A stretch of DNA of 32,151 nucleotides from Ginkgo biloba (lineage: Eukaryota > Plantae > Ginkgophyta). Location of the stretch: positions 168,445,460 to 168,477,610 of the forward strand of contig JANKJI020000004.1 of the NCBI GenBank assembly GCA_024626585.2, written 5' to 3'. The notes under the pieces were generated by a model that worked only from the letters and a program-made list of their open reading frames with translations, had not been told where the DNA came from and searched no databases. The translations under genes were made by a program, and so were the position numbers. Shown in pieces: positions 22,829 through 32,151 of this stretch (its first letter is position 1; each line of letters opens with the position of its first letter).

Positions 22829-23111
22829 ATGGCTTATGCAAAGGCTTCTGTGCAGGATCTCATCACAAATTTAATCATATTCATGTGTGCTCTTCTTCCA
22901 TTAGTTATGGGAATGACTGAAGAGCCAAAAGTGCCTGCACTGTTCATATTCGGAAACTCTTTGGTGGACGGTGGCACCAACAACTACATTCCCCACAGTT
23001 CTGCTNNNNNNNNNNNNNNNNNNNNNNNNNNNNNNNNNNNNTATGGAGAAACCTTTTTCCATTTTCCAACCGGTCGATTCACAGATGGGCGCACTGTATT
23101 TGATTTCATAG
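22829..23111 (+). CDS. GDSL lipase exon 1
   Basis: MAYAKASVQDLITNLIIFMCALLPLVMG..VPALFIFGNSLVDGG..YGETFFHFPTGRFTDGRTVFDFI; donor G|GTAATT; contains a 36-N gap. Confidence 0.9.
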
Positions 23112-23194
23112 GTAATTATTCCTCCAATTTCATGAATAATATCAGACTGCATCTAATCTCTATCATATGACATATTTTTATTTAACAAATACAG

Positions 23195-23313
23195 CTAATC
23201 TATTGGGAATGCCATTCCCACCTCCGTTTCTCAAGCCTGGAGCAAATTTCTCCCATGGTTCAAATTTCGCATCAGGAGGAAGCGGATTGTTGGATTCCAC
23301 AGGCAAACAATGG
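23195..23313 (+). CDS. GDSL lipase exon 2
   Basis: tacAG acceptor; (A)NLLGMPFPPPFLKPGANFSHGSNFASGGSGLLDSTGKQW; donor GTACTG. Confidence 0.9.
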
Positions 23314-23409
23314 GTACTGTAACTCATGAAAATCATTATAATATATACTTTGATACTTGCCATGATTTTTTTCAAAAGCTCAGATCTGTTCGCCACTGTG
23401 ATTATGCAG

Positions 23410-23640
23410 AATATCATTCCATTCAGTCATCAAATAGAGCAATTTATGAAATTCTCTTATATTCTGACAAAAAATCATGGAATTAAGGCTTTAAAATGCT
23501 TGTTAGAGGAGTCCATCTTTGGAATCAGCACAGGTGCCAATGATGTTGGCTATTACTTTACCAATGCTACATTGAGGAAATCTGTGATGCCTCAGGATTT
23601 CATCAAAATGTTGCTCAGTCGGTACAGGAAATACTTAACA
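23410..23640 (+). CDS. GDSL lipase exon 3
   Basis: tgcAG acceptor; NIIPFSHQIEQF..SIFGISTGANDVGYY..YRKYLT; donor GTATGT. Confidence 0.9.
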
Positions 23641-23721
23641 GTATGTATATACACCACAGTCCCTTAAATCTGTACATTTTTTTTTAATGAAATTATTATA
23701 ATTTCAGTTGTGATGGTGCAG

Positions 23722-23958
23722 AGACTTTACCATGGGGGTGCAAGGAAGGTAATAGTGTTGGATATTCCACCTGTGGGCTGCACTCCGGGCTCTAGGCTTT
23801 TGGGTTTAGCCATTTCAAGAGGTGGGTGCTTTGAATCTGCTAACCAGATGGCCGTGGCTTACAATGCTAAGCTGAAGCAGATGCTGCACAGTCTTAACAG
23901 GAATCTCACAGGGGCAGTGTTTTTGTACTGAATATAATTGAGTATGGCAAGGTATTTG
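23722..23958 (+). CDS. GDSL lipase exon 4 (frameshifted near its 3' end)
   Basis: tgcAG acceptor; RLYHGGARKVIVLDIPPVGCTP..YNAKLKQML..GAVFLY then TGA. The shifted frame reads NIIEYGKVFG up to G|GTAGGC. Confidence 0.85.
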
Positions 23959-24064
23959 GTAGGCACAGATTATGTTTCTCATTTAGCCTTTTTTTTTTTT
24001 TTCAAAGTTATTTATTGGGTTGATTTAATGCTTTGCAGAGATTCATATAATGATTTGTGTTCAG

Positions 24065-24315
24065 GATTTAGTGATACAACATCTGCATGTTGTGGAGCCG
24101 GAGCCTTCAACGCAGTAGTGGACTGTGGGAGGGGAAAGAGTGGGAGGAACAAACCATTTCTCTGCAAGAAGCCAAACCGATATTTGTTTTGGGATAGAAC
24201 TCACCCCACTGAACGAGTCCATCATCTGGTTGCCGATGAGATTTGGAGTGGTAATCCTTCATTCATTTTTCCATTCAACCTTACAACCTTAATTCAATCA
24301 CAATCACAACATTAG
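24065..24315 (+). CDS. GDSL lipase exon 5
   Basis: ttcAG acceptor; (G)FSDTTSACCGAGAFN..CKKPNRYLFWDRTHPTE..IWSG..FPFNLTTLI..TAG. Confidence 0.92.
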
Positions 24316-24323
24316 TAACATTT

Positions 24324-24349
24324 CTATTCCTATTCCTATTCCTATTCCT
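24324..24349 (+). repeat. (CTATTC)4 microsatellite just 3' of the GDSL stop codon
   Basis: ctattcctattcctattcctattcct is read directly. Confidence 0.9.
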
Positions 24350-25799
24350 CAATGTATATCTAGAAATCTTTATCAAAATAAATGTTTGACATATATTGGA
24401 GAACCACATTCTCTAAAGATATGATTGCTCTCCGTGTTTTTCTTATTATCAATGATGTTTCTTTTTCCTTTTTTTTTGGGTTGAAAATGAGTCTATGCAA
24501 CCAATGATGTTTCTTTGCAAAAGTGGAAAATACATGTGGCTCCAACTTACTTCTTTACAAAAAAAAATGTTGAAAAATGGACCCATATAGTATGACCATT
24601 CTTATCATGTCCTATTCTCAAAGTATTTGCACTATTCTTCGTAAAAGTTAAAGGTCGGATAGATATCGATGAGATTGAGTTTTGTAAAAGAGTGCTTTTA
24701 TTCAATAATTTTACTATTAAAAAAATCAAAAGTAGAAGGGTTGGTGAAAACGGGGTCCTACAATAGACTAATGCAATTTTAATAATGTTATTCGGGAGTT
24801 GTAAAGTTGTATGTCACTATGTGTGTTTTTTGTAAAAAAGGTATTGGAATTGAGAATATTAGTTTTGTTTCGTGTTCATTAGAATTGAGAAAATCTGCCT
24901 AGATTTTGTCATAGCTAATACACNNNNNNNNNNAGGGACTCATACTAAACAATCATCTTTCTTTATATTATTTTCTTTATTGTATTTTTTTAGGTTTTTA
25001 TCAAAATGGTACAACTTCAATGGTTAGGCACTTGGGATTTGCCAAAGGTAGTCATAAGTTTAGATCCCTTGATATTTTAGTGTAGGGTATTTGGGTTTAG
25101 AAGTGAAATACCTAAAACCTTGGTGAGTTTACATTTTTATTGTTTTCAATATGTATTAATAAGTGTATCTTAACTCGAAGTAGTGACAAATTGATTATAT
25201 ATGTTATTTATTTCAACACATTTAATACATATGGTTTGTTTCAATATATTTAAATGGAATACAATTATGTAAGATCATGCATCATTAGGTCATGACATAA
25301 TAAAACAAGAACTTGTTAAAGGCTTAAAAACATTTATTTGCCAATAAAATGTTTGAGATACTCATTTTGCATGCATGTTTGTCTGGTCTGAAATAATTGT
25401 ATTAGCCTCCTTGTATCATATTTGAGGATCAAATTACATCCATGGACATATGTATGTATGCTAATGCAATATAATAAATCTTCATTATAATAAAATGTAT
25501 ATAACTAACAAAAGGTAAGTTTGCCATCATACGCTAAAAAGAAAGATCGAATACTATGGTTCTATAGGTTAGGGGAACTAGTAGGGTGTGCATAGAATGA
25601 GAGAATGTAGGTGTGCCAGTTTGTAGGTTTTGACCCATTGGGGTCTTGAAGGATGACCCACCTCAAGGAGATTTGATTAGGTCATCCTCCTCGGGTTCTT
25701 CTCTAAAATCTCTTAAGCAACTCTTTTCTCAAAATAAGCAAGCTAAGAATCAGTAAGAAATTTGAATTAATAGTATTGTTAAGAAATGGGAGGAGGTTC

Positions 25800-27150
25800 C
25801 AAAGTTTGAGATTGAGCCGCATATTATGAATGAATTCATCTTGGAAATGGACCAACTTGCTCTTACAGGTGAATTCTTTAGTCTCTTTCCCAATCTCAAA
25901 GGTCTTCCATCCTAAGTAATGGTTAATAAGGATACATCCAAACATCTCTTATAGGTAAGGGTTCTTTATGGTGATTTTCTTAAATGAAGAGGACAAAGAA
26001 AAGATCTTTAATAGTGCCCCCTAATTCATGGCTTCAACCCGCAAGAGGAGTCTCCTTTTATGATTCTAGGTTGTGTGAAATTAAACTTTCTCCCAATAGA
26101 GTTTTGGGATTTGCAAATTCTAAAAGGAATAGGCAATAACATGGGTCATTTCATAAAGGCTTCTGAGCACACAAAGGAGAAGTGTCTCATTTCAATATAT
26201 GTAAAGATTTTTGTAGAAGTGGATATGGACAAAGGTCTTCTAGAGGCAATAAAACTGCAATGTTTAAATACGATACATATCTAAGTCCTCAGCTATGCAA
26301 AAAATCCCTTTTAAGTGCAATTCTTTCCATGAATGTGGTCACTTTATAAGGAATCATCCAAAGAAGATATAAGAACCTCCACAAAAGTATGGATTCCAAA
26401 AGGTTAAAAGAAAGGTTCATGCTTGCGAGATCAAAGTTCCTCAAAAGGAGGTTGTTAATAGTCTGGTGTTAAATAGATTCAACGCCCTAAACAAGAAGAT
26501 CCCTCAGAGAAGGAAACATCAATCCCCCTTGTACTTCCTATAAGGGGTAAGGAAAGAGAAGGAAGCATTCCTATTGATCCCTCCCCAAAAGGGGAAGGGA
26601 ATAAGCAATCATCAAAACTAGTTTTAGAAGGAGGTATGGATACCTCACAATGGATCCTCCATCTAATATCACGTTAAACAATCCTAAAATGAATTCAAGC
26701 TCAACTAAGAAGGCCAAAGAGAGGACTCCAAACATAATTTACCTGCAAAAAACAAAAATCTTAGGATGAAGTTAAGATAGTAAGCAAGCTATACTTGACT
26801 TCTCAAAGTTTGTTATGAGGTCTTGGAGAAAATTACCTCATGAATGAAGATTATCTCATGGAATGTAAGGGGTTTGGATTCTTCCCCAAGAAAAAGAATG
26901 TTGCAAAGAACAATCAAAGAATATAGGCTAGCCCTCTTATTAATCCAAGAAACAAAAATGAGTGGTTAGCTAGTTGAAAATATTTTAAAATCTATATGGC
27001 TAAAATATGAATATAAACACATATATGCTAAAGATCAATCTAGAAGAATGGAAATCATGTGGGATCCAAATGTTTTAGATCTAATAGACTCAACATAAGG
27101 GTTTAACTGGCTTCACACCACATTAAAAAATGTACATTTGCTAATATCTA
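25800..27150 (+). mobile_element. Degenerate L1-type LINE: ORF1 (DUF4283/zinc-knuckle type) and start of ORF2 APE endonuclease
   Basis: ORF1 reads GKGFFMVIFLNEEDKEKIF..VKLNFLPIEFWDLQILKGIGNNMGHFIK..IFVEVDMDKGL..IPFKCNSFHECGH. ORF2 from ATG 26844 reads MKIISWNVRGLDSSPRKRML..LLLIQETKM (SWNVRG and QETK endonuclease motifs). Confidence 0.92.
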
Positions 27151-27554
27151 TCTCAGAACAAAATTGGTTATACCTTTAATGTCATCCTTGTAGGCTACTA
27201 CCATTTGATAGTATAACGTATCTTCTACCCAAGGAATTTTCCATTCAACTTAGGAACATATGCTTGGAATTGTAATGTTGTATTGAATTAATTGATGCAA
27301 TTATCTTCTCTTTGGTTGCNNNNNNNNNNNNNNNNNNNNNNNNNNNNNNNNNNNNNNNNNNNNNNNNNNNNNNNNNNNNNNNNNNNNNNNNNNNNNNNNN
27401 NNNNNNNNNNNNNNNNNNNCAATAGAGATGTTGAAGATCGAGATGCTAGATATTAAAAAATGTTGCTCGAAACCACAATTAGCAAACAAAAGCTAAAAGC
27501 ATTGGATATATGAAAGCTAAACTCATATTTGCAATGTGAATGCTAAGATGCTAA

Positions 27555-27925
27555 GAACTATTGATACACTATTATATCATAGTCTACATAGCCTAGGAGA
27601 AAGTCATAAAGACATGAGAATTGTTGATACATGGGTATCTCACACTAGTATCTCATAGTCTATATAGCTTGGGAGCACGGTATAAAGACTTGAGCACTAC
27701 TGATAAACGGGTATCTCACAATATACATAGCTTGGGAGAAAAACATAAAGACCCCTACACACTCCAAAATATGGGTATCTCATATTGGTATCTCATAGTC
27801 TACATAGCCTAGGAGCATGGCATAAAGACCTAAGCACTATTGATACACAGGTATCTCACACTAGTATCTCATAGTTTACGTAGCCTAGGAGCACGATATA
27901 AAGACATCTATACACTCTAAAACTC
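27555..27925. repeat. Minisatellite, ~76-bp unit, ~5 copies
   Basis: The anchor ATAAAGAC occurs at 27606, 27682, 27745, 27822 and 27898. Unit core: ggtatctcacactagtatctcatagtctacatagcctaggagca. Confidence 0.92.
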
Positions 27926-30483
27926 ACAGCACACACTATTAAGGGGATAAATACACATTGGTGTTCATTGAACCAGGAAAACATAAAATTTCTCAACATT
28001 GATGCACCACTGAACACCTACAGTAGAGGTACGTGGATTTCATGGAGGAATGGTTGCTAAGGATTTGAACACCATAGAGTTTTATGCTATACAAAGATCA
28101 CTCATGATGAGAATACTATCATAAATTCTATCAATGCCTACAATAATGCAAGTGGTATAACATAATATCAAATAGAACGTACATGTCAATCTGCTCAAAG
28201 CCACCCTCACACAGATAAAAACAACAGAATGAAGAATAAAAAAACATTAGAATTTATTGGGACAGTGTCCCACTAGGCATTCCAAAATATGTGCAGGTGT
28301 TTAAAACTGTAGATGAAGTTCATATAACTTACCTGGTTGCGCTCCAAATATTAGCATACCTCTAATTGAGCTTGCAGAGATTTTCTCCGATTGGCAATGT
28401 TGATTATTGATTGGATTCTAGTGCCAATGTCTAGCAGCAAGANNNNNNNNNNNNNNNNNNNNNNNNNNNNNNNNNNNNNNNNNNNNNNNNNNNNNNNNNN
28501 NNNNNNNNNNNNNNNNNNNNNNNNNNNNNNNNNNNNNNNNNNATCTTTCCTTTGGATGATATTCTTCAAGTATGATTTAACCTTATAGTGATTGTGCATG
28601 TAAACATGGCCCCATTTACGGGTCAATAGTCCATTATTTTAAATTTTATGTGTTTTGTATTTTATTATATTAAAAAACGTTTCATAATTTAGTAAACTCT
28701 TGAAAGGGAAGAACATAGTATGAATTATACAATAATATATATTTATACATTAGGGAAACCATCATGTCTAAACCAATTTGAATGCATATTACCAGGACTA
28801 GTAATATTATTAATTATATAAACTCTTCAAATTAATATACATTCCCTTTTACTTTAGCCATTACTTACCTTGATCCAAGTCTGTTGATAGTAATTTTCAT
28901 TCTACAGCCTCCCTCTAAACTAATCTAAGAATTTAAATTTCTTAGCTGAAAAAACAAAGAAAAAAGTATTTTCTAAACAAAGAAGCCTCGTCCCAAATAA
29001 AACTCTAAACCCATAACTATGAAAGAGAAAGGTGAAGTGGTACACAAAATAAATTCATCTAAAGATGATAAGGTTCATAATATCTATTAATCGTATGTCA
29101 TATTTTTTCTTCATGGATTTATACATTGTATCAATAGTTGTTTTCCCTTTTTTATCTTGATTGAACCAAACATTCCTAAAATCCTCTTAATATTATTTAT
29201 AGCAANNNNNNNNNNGTACTACTTTTGAAGTATCATACCTATCAAGAACATATTCAAAGGACTAAGAACATGGGGGTGATGTATGCATAAAGGATCATTG
29301 ATGTAGCACACACATTAATAAATAATGACATAGGATAAGAAAATACATGATGATATAAAAATGATAGTGATAAATCTCATCAAGAAGGATATACCATAAG
29401 GTCTTATGATTTATTATATAAAATCCACTCTTGAACACCGTTCCATTTTGATCTCCAAAGACAAGGTCAACTGANNNNNNNNNNNNNNNNNNNNNNNNNN
29501 NNNNNNNNNNNNNNNNNNNNNNNNNNNNNNNNNNNNNNNNNNNNNNNNNNNNNNNNNNNNNNNNNNNNNNNNNNNNNNNNNNNNGGATGAAGGCACTATC
29601 TGTTATCAAATAATAAAATATCCCCCTCTTTTATCTCTATATAAAAGGGGTATTTAGAAGAGGATAATGGATATTTAAGGTTAAGAATAGGGTAATCGTA
29701 AAATGACACAAGATGAATCGAGGGACATAAAAGTGGTCATAATTATGCATATGAATAATATCCATGTATGGTTAAATGGATAACAAATATAACATATGAT
29801 GTAAAATGGATGACAATAAAGATAATATGGACCTCCACATATAATATTTCATTTAAAAAAAAATTAAAAAGAGTTATTCTTATCATCCTATCCATCCATC
29901 CTTAATTATACCCTTATGTACTCTCTCTTTATTTTCATTATGAGTTTTAATTTATTTGGATGGAGTATAATACATATTATTTGAATCATTAGTTAGGTTC
30001 CATTTTATACAAGATTAGGTTATGTTAATATTATTTCTATCATTACATGCTCTTACTATCATGATTTATTTTATAATTCTATTTGTTGAGAATCTATTTA
30101 AAATGACCTATGCTAAAGTGTCTAACATCATAAATAAAAATTCCTTTGAGTTAAGTATATTTCTAATCATATATTATCAAACATAATTTCATGACCTTGT
30201 CTTTATAAACTATTAATTNNNNNNNNNNNNNNNNNNNNNNNNNNNNNNNNNNNNNNNNNNNNNNNNNNNNNNNNNNNNNNNNNNNNNNNNNNNNNNNNNN
30301 NNNNNNNNNNNNNNNNNNNNNNNNNNNNNNNNNNNNNNNNNNNNNTTAAGAAATGGACATAAACTTTCTTCACTCATGAAGAAGTAAGTTATTTATATTC
30401 AGAAGTATATATATGAGTTTATTAATTTAAATTGTATAGTATTTTTAATTCTTTTTATTTGTTTGCTTATATGATGTGCCATC

Positions 30484-30990
30484 AAGCAAGAGGGAGATAA
30501 ATTTTGGTTCTATGGGGTCTAAGCTTATTCGTATGGGGTTTTCTCTCACTAGCTTATTTCTTTTATTAGAAATTAGATAATTATAGACAATGTATATGAA
30601 ATCACATTTTACTATTCTATTCATTCATAATAATACATATTGTTTATTATTTGTGAGGTTAGCATAGGTTGGTTGAAGCATGCATGCCATGTTCCCATTT
30701 TAGAATCTAGCTAAGTTTGGCTAACGCTTTTCCTATATAAGATCCTTTTTACCTATGTGCTCATATATTTGGATCATTGTAACCTTGGTTACACATCTAT
30801 TGTGACTTTTGTATTTTTCATAATTTGATTAATAGGGTGATATTATACTTTTCTAATTTAGTGTGGATAGTTATGCTTGAGATATTATCTTTGAATCTTT
30901 GAGTTATATTAACTAAATATTATTTTTAAAATATTTTGAGTGCATAAGTTCCTTCTTAGATTTTTCATAGGTGATTTGGCATATCCATAG
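30484..30990 (+). mobile_element. Possible polypurine tract followed by a decayed 3' LTR
   Basis: aagcaagagggag (PPT-like) follows gtgccatc, with TATA-like cctatataag at ~30732. The canonical TG start is missing. Confidence 0.35.
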
Positions 30991-31217
30991 GCTTGTATAA
31001 GTTATTATATCCATTTTATACAAAGGCACATAAATTTAGAATTATTTTAAGCATTTTTTATCTTTCAATTATCATACCATATTTTTGTTTATCATACCAT
31101 GATAATGTTCTCTACTAGGGAGTGCATTAACACACTACACTCATTAAATGCACACACTATATCACCCTATAAATGTGCAAACATGCACAATATCCCAAAA
31201 AATCCTAAATCAAGAGT

Positions 31218-31821
31218 GTTTCAGAGAATTTATTTGATTGTATAGTGGATAGAGAACTATAGAAGAGATTTAGTTCAATGTTGTAGAAGGTTACAAAGAT
31301 AATTAATCCCTTGGATTTATTGTCCATATGCTTTCACACTTTTTGAAGTCCATTCTTTCAACCTCTTACCAAGAAGATACATTATTATATTCCTATACAT
31401 AGACAATGATTTATTATATTTTGTTGTGTTATGCTAGAAGGAATATTTATGAAAGAATATTATATTAAGAATTGATTATAATTTCTATAAATATGTATAT
31501 AAATATGATGTATTATGCTATTCACCAATATGCGTGAGATTTGTACTATATGTGTATAAACACTTCAGTGAATAAATTGAAAAACTGATTATTCTCCTTA
31601 ATGTTTGATTTATTGTGAATATGTGTTGTGTTTGTTGAATAAAACATATGAGTCTGAAAATAGTGGTTTCATGTTAGATCTATACTGTGTATGATAGAGC
31701 ATAAATTATTTGTGATATTCTCAGACTTGATAGTTGTGCTTAGTTTTGTTGGCAATACTATATGTTAAAATATAGATGCTTATGGTGGAGAATCATAAGT
31801 AAACATTGGTTATCACATAGC
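31218..31821 (+). mobile_element. Possible decayed 5' LTR with degenerate tRNA-Met primer-binding site
   Basis: TG start (tgtttcagag), ctataaata at ~31486, ending ...AACA (31805) followed by TGGTTATCACATAGC, which resembles TGGTATCAGAGC. Confidence 0.4.
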
Positions 31822-32151
31822 TAAACATTAGTTCTNNNNNNNNNNNNNNNNNNNNNNNNNNNNNNNAAAATATATCTATTCTAACTAAAAATTAATATAA
31901 AATTGATAAGAACTAACAATCTTCTCTTTCATTCAAAGATTTGGTTGAAATCTTAAAAAGTTAGGCTTGAAGACTTTTTAGGAAGGATCTATTAATATCT
32001 ATTTAGAAACTTGTTATAAGATCACCAATGAGCTAAAAGGAAAAATTTTAGAGTATTATAATGAGTCTTGTTTTTATATGAAGGAAGTATTTAAAGTTTG
32101 AGACCAAAAAGGAGTTCATAAACTAAGGGAAGGTTATAATTCTTAGAGTTA

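Larger units (their letters stand above)
22829..24315 (+). pseudogene. GDSL/SGNH esterase-lipase gene, 5 exons (22829-23111, 23195-23313, 23410-23640, 23722-23958, 24065-24315); likely pseudogene or null allele
   Basis: Hydrophobic signal peptide; block I FIFGNSLVDGGTNNY; PTGRFTDGR; block II NFASGGSG; block III STGAND; PPVGCTP; ACCG; block V FWDRTHPTE. All four introns are GT-AG at typical plant GDSL positions. Exon 4 has a premature TGA (23929-23931) with a frame change. Confidence 0.92.

Noticed and set aside
27555-27925. CRISPR-like array
   Set aside because: Whole units are homologous with no unique spacers, the context is eukaryotic, and there are no cas genes.

Overview
Eukaryotic, AT-rich land-plant nuclear DNA from a fragmented assembly with about 30 N-gaps. 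The retroelement families and intron style look gymnosperm-like, which is an inference. Two host genes lie on the + strand and both carry lesions. (1) At ~1720-4763 is a CCDC24-like coiled-coil gene, recognised from recalled family motifs. It has a 1-bp frameshift, runs in frame into a Ty1/copia RT-RNase H fragment, and is followed by a repeat-rich terminal exon. (2) At 22829-24315 is a five-exon GDSL/SGNH esterase-lipase with GDSL changed to GNSL and a frameshifting deletion in exon 4. The rest is mostly decayed retroelements: three L1-type LINE pieces, several Ty3/gypsy gag/pol pieces in both orientations, a copia fragment and LTR-like segments. There is also a 328-bp tandem duplication, a 76-bp minisatellite and a palindromic short-repeat cluster. 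No rRNA, tRNA or CRISPR features were seen. The most interesting candidate is the damaged CCDC24-like gene, possibly a relic of the flagellated-sperm gene set. That interpretation needs database confirmation.
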